NCBI GenBank assembly: GCA_964016885.1
Contig: OZ024747.1
Location: 45,074,001 to 45,138,000 of the forward strand
Source: Eledone cirrhosa
Taxonomy: Eukaryota
DNA: 64,000 nucleotides
Reading direction: 5' to 3'
Part shown: positions 14,649 to 24,796 of the stretch, piece after piece
How the letters are laid out: every line of letters begins with the position of its first letter
Numbering within the stretch: position 1 is the stretch's first letter
Made by a program: the position numbers and the translations under genes
Notes under the pieces: model-generated
Database searches by the model: none
Told to the model about the DNA's origin: nothing
The model's input: the letters and a program-made list of their open reading frames with translations, nothing else

Positions 14649-15278
14649 ATTATATTTCAGTTTACCTCTGGTTTCTTTCCATTTTAAATTTTACACATAT
14701 CCTAATTTAATAAATTTCTGTCAATTTCTTGCTTATATTCCTGTCGGTCCTAATTAAAAGTATTCAATGCAGTTTCCTACCAACACATAATGGCTTTTAT
14801 TGATATATCGACTATATTATTCAGTATAGTTCACCATTAGATCAATCAGTTTTGTAGCTTCTCTGCACTCAACAAAGTGAAGCCGCTATACAATGCTCAC
14901 TTGACTGGCTAGAAATAGTAGCCAAGTTTTCCCACTAGATGAATATAATAGAATGACCAATGGAGGAGATATTTGATAATCTTGTTTGTGTGAGTTAGAC
15001 AAATAAAATAGGCTAAGGGAAATAAATCAAGTGGGACAAAGCCATGATTTTTGACACATATATCAAAGGGTTTAAAAAAGATTTTCCAGTTAATATTTCA
15101 CTTTTAGTTGGGGAAAGAAAGGTGGAAACAGTATGTTCGAATGGTTGAGAGGTTCACTTTGTAATCTTTAGGGTCTGGGTTTGAACTCACTGCTTCACAT
15201 CTTGGACAAGTGTCAACCAAAGGCTATGGTAAATATATATATATTAATTATATATATATATATACATATTAATTATAC

Positions 15279-15660
15279 GGCTTAGTGGTTAGAGCTTTGG
15301 GCTTGGAATCGAAAGGTTGTGAGTTCAATTCTCGGACTGGGTGATGTGTTGTTTCCTTGAGCAAGAAACTTTATTTCACATTGCTCCAGTTTATTCAGCT
15401 GTAGAAATGAGATGATAGGACTGGGGTCCCTATCATTCCACTGCAAAGTGGTCGTGGAGGTGCCACGGCAAAAAAAAAAAAGCACCCAGCCCACACTGTA
15501 AAGTGGTCATGTAGGCGCCACAGAAAAAAAAAGCACCCAGCACTCACTGTAAATGAGGTTGGTGTTAGGAAGGGCATTCAGCTGTAGAAATCAAGCCAGA
15601 ATCAGTTCCCATCCCACCCTTGCAAGCAGGGAAAAGCGGACATAAAATGATGATGATGAT
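15279..15660 (+). mobile_element. SINE family B with RTE-derived 3' tail
   Basis: ggcttagtggttagagc...gagttcaattc head; tail matches the RTE-a 3' UTR and ends in (GAT)n. Confidence 0.9.
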
Positions 15661-17268
15661 ATTAATTATATATATATACATAACAATTAACATGTAAGGG
15701 AATTACAGATAAACTCCACCTGGTGCATTTCCAAATGGGTTGACAAAAATTGTTTCCAAATCCACTGACTGGAGTGTTTCTGTAATTCACTTATGTTAAT
15801 TTCATGAGTAGTCTGTTCCATTGATCAAAACTGATGTAGATCCATCATAGAAAGAAAAAATAACCTTGAGGGAGCTGTTAGCAACTCTCAAAGAAAAGGC
15901 GAGATCATTTCAAGAATTTAACAATTTATTTCACAGAATTAATTCCCATATTTCAAATGAAAGACACTGTCTATAATTTTCAAAATATTTTTTAAATATT
16001 CAAGAATTTGGAGGGATTTGGTAAAATAACTTTTTTACTATTAAGCTGATATATTGAACATAACTTAGCAAAAGTTCTTACATGAAATTATGATGGAAGG
16101 TTTTAGATAAATACAAACACTTTAAAATAGTAGTATCATAGATCATGGTAGTTTGGTATAAAAAAAATGCTTAGGAGTTTCTGTTGCCATAGGTTTTTCT
16201 AGAGTGCTGTGGCACTCAAAAATAAGAATAGAAATATTCTCAAGTCAATCCATATGTCTCCTGCAGAGTTATTGAATTCATATACAATGATAAAATATTT
16301 TACAGCAGTGCTGTTCTGGTAGAGAACAGGTTGCAGGTGGCAGATAATGATACGGCCACTAGATATGATGATTAATTGCAATATGATGGCCAAATAAGCA
16401 ACCATGAACCAAACAGCAAAAAGCTACCATGAGAGATGGAGCAATGCATGTCATGGTTAATTAATAAGAAAACTCTCACAACCCAGTGATGTAGTTACAA
16501 CTAGGTGAGTGAAGGACACCACTAAAAATAAAAAGCTGGATCAATTGGAGTCAGTTCTGATAGGATTTGCTGCAAGGCAGTTTGAGGAATCTACCCCCAT
16601 GACCCTCCCAGAAATAGTGGGCAAATAATAATTATATTAAGAGATGTTAATATACATACATTCATCTGGCCTATGAAATAAGAACTTGTGTTGTATTGTT
16701 TAATTATCAACTTTTTGAGTGAAATCGCGAAATAAAAAGTTTCCTGAAAAACCATACTTTTTCCTATCATGATTAAGGAATCTATAGAATGGTCTTCTCT
16801 TTATCAATAGCTGTACAAACCAATGAACGTTTTCCTGCATATTGATCATATTTTTTCATAATGTTTAAGAACTGTACAAAGTGTAAAAAAGTTCCACTCA
16901 TTTTCTTCACTATAAAACTTGAGTTGTAAATTCTGCACCATGGGGGCTAATCATCATCATCATTGTCGTCCATCCAATTTCTATGCTAGCATGAGTTGGA
17001 TGTGTTATCATGGTCCAAGACCAGATAGGCTGGCTGTTTCTTTTAGTTTGTTTTTATCATCATGGTGAAGGCCATGCTGGAGCATAAGCCTTTTGCTGCT
17101 CTGTTATTTCTGCCAACTGCGACATTTCTTTATATTTTGATAATAAACATAAATAATATATTGGTAGCAATAAAAAATATATGATAATGATACTTGTTGC
17201 TAATTTTACTAATGCTGGTTGATGTTTGCAACAAAGATGAATCACATTGCCAATATCAATAATATATG

Positions 17269-17301
<33 letters not shown>

Positions 17302-17418
17302 ATGTGTATATATATATATATATAAATGTGTGTATGTATATATATATAAATGTGTGCATATGTATATATATATATAGATAAATGTGTATATATTATATAT
17401 ATATATATTATATATATA

Positions 17419-18316
17419 TGTGTCAGAAAAGTTCCAGGACTGATGTCACAAAAGATTTATTTCAAACCCAAACTTCACACTAAGAGTTTTCTGCTTCAAA
17501 GTAATCCCCCTGGAGTCTAATGCACTTTTCCATCCTTTTCTGCCACGCTTGCATGCACTCCTGGAAAAATTCTTCCGGGATCCTCTGCAGTTCCATCATC
17601 ACAGCCTTTTTGATGTCGTCCATGTCTTCAAAAGAGCCCCCCCCCCCCGGGTCGTACTCGAAGATCCATGACTCGTCACCCGTGATGACTGTCCCTAGCA
17701 AGTCTCGTTCGGTTTCAAGATGCCCGAGGATGCCCTGGCACACTTGCATACGTCGACCCTTCTGGTCATCGTTCAGCAGTTTTGGCACCATCTTCACGCA
17801 AAATTTCTGCATGTTCAAATCTTCAGTGAGAATCTTCCAGACGCTGTCCTGATTCCTGCCCAGCTCATTTGCCATCAGTCGAACAGTCAGCTGACGATCG
17901 CTACGCACCATCTGCCTGACGCGCTCAATGTTGACCTCAGTCCTGGTTGTTGAGGGCCTTCCACTCCTGGGGTCATCTTCCACATCCACGCGTCTTTCTT
18001 TAAACCTCTTGCACCACTCAAAAACACATGAACGTGACATCGTCTCATCACCAAACACTTGCTGCAGCAATCCCAGAGCTTCTGACGGGTTTTCCCAAAC
18101 CCTACCAGAAACTTCAAGTTTGTTCGTTGCTCTGTGCTCATTGCTTGACGACCTGAAACAGAGGAAATGTATATAAAATTATGAAGAAAAAAGTTTGATC
18201 GCTGCAGAGAGCTAAGATTAAAGTTACATACTCCAGGGGGATTACTTTGAAGGAGAAAACTCTTAGTGTGAAGTTTGGGTTTGACATCAGTCCTGGAACT
18301 TTTCTGACATACCGCG
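17419..18316 (-). mobile_element. Internally deleted mariner transposon
   Basis: TIRs tgtcagaaaagttccaggactgatgtca at both ends; TA-rich flanks. Confidence 0.93.
17480..18141 (-). pseudogene. mariner transposase, frameshifted, most of the catalytic domain deleted
   Basis: EQRTNLKF, DDPRSGRP, VPKLL, ITGDESWIFEYDP joined through a poly-G run to FEDMDDIKKAV...KCIRLQGDYFE; the second and third catalytic-Asp motifs are missing. Confidence 0.93.
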
Positions 18317-19611
18317 TATATATATATATATATATATATAGTTTTAATATAGATTCCTGATGATTTCTAATGAATGAAACAGTTCTAGTCCTGTAGAATC
18401 TCATCTATATTAAAACTGTTATACTCTGCTATGTATTGAGTAACTTACTTACTGTGGTTACCTCCGATTCAACCCGGAATAACGTATATATATATATATA
18501 TAAATGTGTGTGTGTGTGTGTATATATATATAGTGTGTATATATATATACATATATATATATATCAGGTCACCAGTTGGTGCTACTGGTAACATGTATTC
18601 CAGTACAACCTGTCTCATGGTCGGGTCATTGGCGACTAAACTGGCAGGGTGACTTTGGACATCCTGCAGGACTAAAAACAAAACCTGTCAAAGGGCAAAG
18701 GAGCTCATAAGAGTCAATGGCCATCCAAAATCACCGGGAGAGATGACCTCTTAGCCTTTGTCAAGGCAGAATTCTAGGAGAAGGAAAACTCTGATATAAC
18801 ACCTGCAACTCTGATGGTATCCAATGATGTTGACTTGTTCTTCTTTTTGGTAAATATCATCTTGGTTAAGAGAGTGGGACTGGCTTTGTGCAGTGTCTTT
18901 GCTCACTATAAAAGCTTCACGGCACAGGCATTGCTTTATATCTGGAGATCTCTCTGCACTTGCCGTCACATGGTACCATCGGCCCACCACTATGTGTCAA
19001 TAATTGTCACAAGTGTAGTGTTTGTACCAGAGTTTTCATGTCGCAGGCTGGACTAAAAAGTCACACTCGTTCAGCGCATTGGTAGGGGTTCTCCTACATG
19101 GATATAAAGTAGTGGCCGTACTCGAAAACGAGTTGGCAACCACCATATATATATATATATATACACACATATAAAAATGAGAAAACTCAGTGCTAGAACA
19201 GCCGTTAAAACAGCTAAATGTTGTCAAAGACAGTGATGGGCAAAGATACTTCAGAAGACAGACCAGCAGTTGGTGGTCATCAGAGAGACAATCCACAAGG
19301 TGGGTGACAGACAGATGAAATACAGAAACGATTGAAAGAGGAGGAAGACAAGTAGAAGTGTGTTGGTGCATAGAAGTGACTGGAAAATGGAAATAAAGAT
19401 AGGCGATATACAAGACACAATACACACACTCATCTTCATCTTCATCAGCTCTCAAACCAGCAAAATGGTTTTGAACGATTTAATTGAGAATACCAATTTA
19501 AAATGCTAGATCATGCAATAGAAAACTAAATCTTTCTGTTGGTATCATATGTGCGTCTGATAAACCAAAAAGAACACAGATAGAAGGACAAAAAATAACA
19601 AATAAAATAAA

Positions 19612-20008
19612 ATAATTGTTTCTACTTTTGGCGCAGCAATTACTCAGTGTATTACTGGTACTTTATTTTATCGACCCCGTAAGGATGAAAGGCAAAGTTA
19701 ACCTCGGCGAGATTTGAACTCAGATTGGCAAGGGCCATAACTCTATGTATCAAAGCATGGTGTCCGACCCTCTACCGATGCTGCTAATCCACCGCCCTTA
19801 TAAAATAAAATAAAATAATTATTGCTACTTTTGGCACAAGGCCAGCAAAAATACCCAGTGTATTACTGGTACTTTATTTTATCGACCCTGTAAGGATGAA
19901 AGGCAAAGTTAACCTCGGCGGGATTTGAAATCAGACCATAAAGGGCCGTAACTCTTTGCTGCAAAGTATGGCGTCCGACCCTCTACCGATACTGCCAATC
20001 CACCGCCC
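19612..20008 (-). mobile_element. Two tandem SINE A copies
   Basis: Full consensus at ~19612-19797 and 19815-20008. Confidence 0.9.
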
Positions 20009-20344
20009 TAAATAAAATAAAATAATGAACATCAACCTGTGGTGTCTGTTCTAAATAGAAAGCTAATCATAGCTATGATAAGATTAAATGAAGAAACAAT
20101 GTTGTCTCTGATCGAGACGATATGAGAGCATATTTGAATACATATAAAAATGAGAAAACTCATTGGGGGCCCACTTACCATCAGGTAAGCTGAAAACCTC
20201 TCCACTCCACCACTGCCTATATATATATATATTTACTGATGATAATGACAAGGATGATGATATCACCTGCTGAAAACCTCTCCACTTCGCCACTGCCTAT
20301 ATATAAATAAATTATACAATTATCAAAGTTGTGTTCAAATCATT

Positions 20345-20398
20345 TAATAGCTGACAATCGTTTCTTCCAAACTCTCGTTTGGAATCATCGGAGCATTA
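20345..20398 (-). ncRNA. Minimal type I hammerhead ribozyme motif (U4C core variant)
   Basis: Reverse complement: uaaugcu CCGAUGA uuccaaac GAGA guuuggaa GAAA c gauu g UC agcuauua. Confidence 0.75.
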
Positions 20399-21178
20399 TC
20401 AATGTTTGCACATATAATTACCCGCCTATTCAAAGAACAATAATATAGATACATATAAATTGATGTTGTGAGCAACAGTTTCGTATTTACAGGGTGGAAT
20501 GGATGTGACATATATTTTACGAGAATTATACAAACATTTAAGTTCAAATTCAAATCAAAATTAAAATTAAAATAAAAAGCACGGAGTGGAATACATGCAA
20601 CAGTTAAAACAAAAGAATAGTCCAAATATTAAAGAGGCATTGAGGAAGCAGTTTTGAGAAAGGAAGAGTGCGATAACAAATCATATGCAGGCGTGTGGAT
20701 AGTGTGACTGCGTAAGTCATATACATGAGAAGGAGACAAGCAAAGCTATTATGCATATATAGATGAATAAATACTGCAGTTGAAGCAAATATGTTAACTG
20801 CAGTATTTATTCATCTACATATGCATAATAGCTTTGCTTCTCTCCTTCTCATGTATATGACTTACGCAGTCACACTAACCACACGCCTGCATATGATTTG
20901 TTATCGCACTCTTCCTTTCTCAAAACTGATTCCTCAATACCTCTTTAATATTTGGACTATTCCCTTGTGTTAACTGTTGCATGTATTCCATTCGGTGTTT
21001 TTGATTTTAATTTTAATTTGAACTTAAATGTTTGTACAATTATTGTATAATTTTCGTAAAATATATGTCACGTCCATTCCACCCTGTAAATACGAAACTG
21101 TTGCTCACAACATCAATTTATATGTATCTATATTTTTGTTCAGTTGAATAGGAGGGTAATTATATGTGCAAACATTGA

Positions 21179-21231
21179 TAATGCTCCGATGATTCCAAAC
21201 GAAGTTTGGAAGAAACGATTGTCAGCTATTA
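21179..21231 (+). ncRNA. Minimal type I hammerhead ribozyme motif (U4C core variant)
   Basis: uaaugcu CCGAUGA uuccaaac gaa guuuggaa GAAA c gauu g UC agcuauua. Confidence 0.75.
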
Positions 21232-21387
21232 AATGATTTGAACACAACTTTGATAATTGTATAATTTATTTATTTAACTGCTCTGTAAAACAACTGATGT
21301 TCATACATTGAGCTATTTCTCTTACTGGTTATAAGGTAATTAAGAAATTACTGACCTTCCAATTTATAGTTGTTTATACTATATACA

Positions 21388-21441
<54 letters not shown>

Positions 21442-21444
<3 letters not shown>

Positions 21445-22915
21445 GTAGAACACTGGAAGGTAATATCCGTATTGGTAGAGCACTCAGTCCATGGGACGAG
21501 TTAGGTAGAAGTGGTTACACAACAGTTAGTTTATCATACCGAGAACAATTGTTTCACCTTAGCGGATAGTCAGCTCGTAATGGACATGGTTATACGGAAC
21601 AGGAAGGACAACTGTACGAACGCGCATGCTCAGAAACGGTCACTTCACTCAGGCAATACTAAATTGCGTGCAATATGTGTAAGGGAGATAACTGCGAAAG
21701 TCCGAAAGTTTCTAGTTAATAGGAAAATTAGGATGTTGTTGTAATTGAATCCGGAGCTGTGTAGTTATGTAAGAGGTGTTTCCAGACGTGTGGACAACGT
21801 GTGAAGAATTCATATCTTGGGTTTAGGCAATCGCTATTGCGTAATCTCTTTAGAATATTTATTCGTTCATCAATACATAGCCCCACGACGGATTGCCCCT
21901 TGCGTATGGCTTGGACTTAGTGATGGCTTTCCATTGAATGGAGTAGTCTATACTTGAGTCATTAAGGGACCATACGTGGCTCGTGAGTTTCGTAGATGAA
22001 CGTCTGCCCAGGTACCGAAAGGTCGACTGGTGGTTCAGGAAGCGTTCCTTAAATCGGCCCCCCCGCTATACCCACATAGGATTTGACCTCCTGTAGTTGA
22101 TTTGGTCGGTTGGAAGTGACTACAGTTTCATAAACTACAGCGGCTGTGTTGCATTGCTGTTGAAGTGGACAAGCTTCAGGCTTACGGCAAGAGCACCCTG
22201 TTGGACTGTTGGTGATGTGAGCCTTCATGTTCTTAGCGCAGGAGTATCCTAGTTTTACTTTCTGTCGGTTAAAGATGGAGCGGTATTTATCTAAGAGGGC
22301 TAGAAATGTTTTGCCTACATTGGTTTTAACGTTAAGTGAGAAAGGAGAAGAGAACCAGATAGTTTGTCTATTGTTACGCTGTGTTTTCTTATTGCTGTTG
22401 TTGTTAGTGGGAGAGTAAGTGATAGGTTGCGAGAAGCCGCTGTTAGCTAACGCCGTGTTAAGATAGCCTTATTAGAGGAGAGGTTTGAGATTCTAGTACT
22501 GATCTTATTTACGAAGTTTCTAAAAACAGTGGGAGGGTGGCATGAGTCCTTGTGAATATAATTGAGTTTTTCGTTAAGCTTGTGGAAGGATCTGTAGGTG
22601 TGTGTGCGAAGGTCTAAATAATGTCTAAGAAATCTACGCTAGAGAAGTTGGTAGCTACTGTTATCCTAAGTCCTAACTCGGTGAAGGTAGAAGCTAAGTT
22701 TTTTTTAAACCGGTCGAGGTCGCAAACGTCAGCACTGTCAAACGATCCCATAGAGACGTCGAACAGGTCTGAAGTTTGTTGACTTCTTTGCCCAAGGCTA
22801 CTCCGTTGTTGAAGAGGATGGTTTTCCGGCAGTGAGTGATGATTTCCCTGTTTAAATCATGGACGGTGGTGTAAGTGGTAGCGAAGTCCAACGCTTTGTT
22901 TAACAGGGTAACCAC

Positions 22916-22918
<3 letters not shown>
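21442..22918 (-). mobile_element. Decayed Penelope-like retroelement (Neptune-type): RT C-half, GIY-YIG endonuclease, 3' pseudo-LTR
   Basis: Manual reverse translation across frameshifts: LFDVSMGSFDSADVCDL (RT motif B), VDFLD, YIHKDSCHPP, VVYETVV...YVGIAGGRFKERFLNHQSTF...LTSHVWSL...IQWK...LNPRYEFFTRCPH; (TA)n on both sides. Confidence 0.85.
21537..21579 (-). ncRNA. Hammerhead motif in the PLE 3' pseudo-LTR (G8U core change)
   Basis: Reverse complement: cgag CUGACUA uccgcuaaggu GAAA c aauu g UU cucg; same strand as the PLE ORF, downstream of GIY-YIG. Confidence 0.7.
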
Positions 22919-22993
<75 letters not shown>

Positions 22994-23001
22994 TCACACA
23001 T

Positions 23002-23078
<77 letters not shown>

Positions 23079-23100
23079 AATATATATACAGACATATATA
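22919..23100. repeat. (TA)n/(CA)n compound microsatellite
   Basis: Direct reading. Confidence 0.97.
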
Positions 23101-23164
23101 TTTACTGATGATAATGAGAACGATGATATCACTTGCATTCCCTGTGCCTGTTGCTAGAAGCAGT

Positions 23165-23425
23165 GATGGTAGTGGTGGTAGTGGTGGTGATGGTATTATT
23201 GTTGTTGTTGATGGTAGTGGAGTTGGTGTTGTTGGCACTGGTGGTGGTGGTGCTTGTGGTGATGGTGTTGTTGTTGGTGGTGTTGGTGTTGTTGGCACTA
23301 GTGGTGCTGCTTGTGGTGAGGGTGTTGTTGTTGTTGGTGGTGGTGTTGTTGGCACTGGTGGTGGTGCTTATAGTGATGGTGGTCGTCGTGTTAGTGGTAA
23401 TGGTGGTATCAGTGGTGGTGATGGG
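23165..23425. repeat. (GGT/GTT)n degenerate trinucleotide array with higher-order units
   Basis: gttgttggcactggtggtg...gct unit recurs three times. Confidence 0.9.
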
Positions 23426-23703
23426 TTGCGAAGGTGATGGGAAATGATCGGCAAACAAATCTGAATTTCCAAGTGAATCGTCCAATTGATTGGTGATATT
23501 AAAAGGCCTTTATTAATTATTGAAGCTGTTCCTTCTCTAGTTGGATGGCTTCTGTTAGTTGTGGACCAGCAATATTCTGGCAAACAACGTTGTTTCCTAT
23601 TGACCTACAAACACAACACTCCAAGTTATACTTGATACTTTTGGCTTATCATACTTCTAAAGTGATCTACTTTCTCTACTAATAATCTCTCTGGATTTAA
23701 ATA

Positions 23704-23866
23704 TGGTGGTGATGATGATGGTGGTAGTGGTGGTGGTGGTGGTGGTGGAGATGATGATGATGGTGGTGGTGGTGGTGGTGTTGTGGGGATGTTGACAGTG
23801 TTGTGGTAGAGATGGTAGTGCTGGTGTTGATTATGGTGGCAGTGGTGGTGGTGATGATGATGGTAG
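23704..23866. repeat. (GGT/GAT)n low-complexity repeat
   Basis: Direct reading. Confidence 0.9.
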
Positions 23867-24129
23867 TATTGTAAGTCTTTGAACTTGGTATCATGCAAAA
23901 GACACTTGCTTCCAGGGGTTTTTGCACTTCTTTTTAGGAATCTCTATACAGTGGTTTATACTTTGGTATAAACTGAATGCAACAAGTTCTTTTTATTTTA
24001 ACATACTGTTGTTATGTCCTCTGTTAAATGCAATCAATTGGTTATTGTTATCCGAAAGGATCCATTCCAAATTGATTCTTATAGCTAGCTTCCGATGTAT
24101 ATATAATGGCTGACTAACTACAAAAGGGC

Positions 24130-24347
24130 TTTCCCCCATTTTTAAAACTTTTCTTACTGTCATCTATCTTCCTATTTCTTCTTTTCACTCACAAATATCT
24201 CCTCTTCTCTCTCTCTCATTCTATCTTCTGATGAAGGATTAATGTCTAAAACATTAAGACTCTTTTCTTACGATATCAAATGTTAAACTCATATATATCA
24301 TCATGGTATGTGTTTTTCCTTGGTGAATTGTCTTGGGTGCATGCACA

Positions 24348-24402
<55 letters not shown>

Positions 24403-24570
24403 GAGTATACAATGAAGATATATATTAGCTTAATGTTCGATATAGTAGGAAAAGAGTCTAAATGTATCAAGCATTAGTCTCCTTCATCAGAAGGTGGAAT
24501 GAGAAATAAAAGAATAGAAAGATAGGATTGGGAAAAAAAAATGTTTTGAGAAAAAGCCTGTGTGTTCAGT
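24130..24570. repeat. Diverged tail-to-tail inverted repeat around (GT)n, each arm with a degenerate CTGATGA HHR-like core
   Basis: 24215-24300 matches the reverse complement of 24417-24505; tctt CTGATGA aggattaatgtct aaaacatt aaga. Confidence 0.55.
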
Positions 24571-24796
24571 CAGCTATCTTGAGGAAATATATATATATAT
24601 GAATCTTAGTTAAAATAGATACACTGTATCCATGTTCATTGTAAAAGGAGACTGAAAAGATTGTTGTTAGGAAAAGCATTGCCCAAAAAACGATCCAAGA
24701 GGGTTTACAAGGCTAAACTATATTCTAGCAGAGAAAATATCTCAAAATGCTTTAAAAAGATTTATATAAGTACACACACACACACACATATATATA

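Larger units (their letters stand above)
20304..21272. repeat. Long fold-back inverted repeat (~478 bp arms, 14 nt spacer), an HHR in each arm
   Basis: 20304-20781 is the near-exact reverse complement of 20796-21272. Confidence 0.95.

Noticed and set aside
18565-19145. Unique-looking GC-richer block between (TA)n runs
   Set aside because: Probably a repeat fragment, but I could not assign any motif or family
20235-20280. CTGATGA matches at ~20235, 23105, 30478, 53530, 54420 and 19278(-) as hammerheads or C/D-box snoRNAs
   Set aside because: No correctly placed GAAA, stem II or stem I; the 7-mer is expected by chance near (GAT)n sequence
22918-23485. Pro/Thr-rich mucin- or extensin-like and Gly/Val-rich ORFs
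   Set aside because: Trinucleotide repeat open in most frames; no splice or domain evidence
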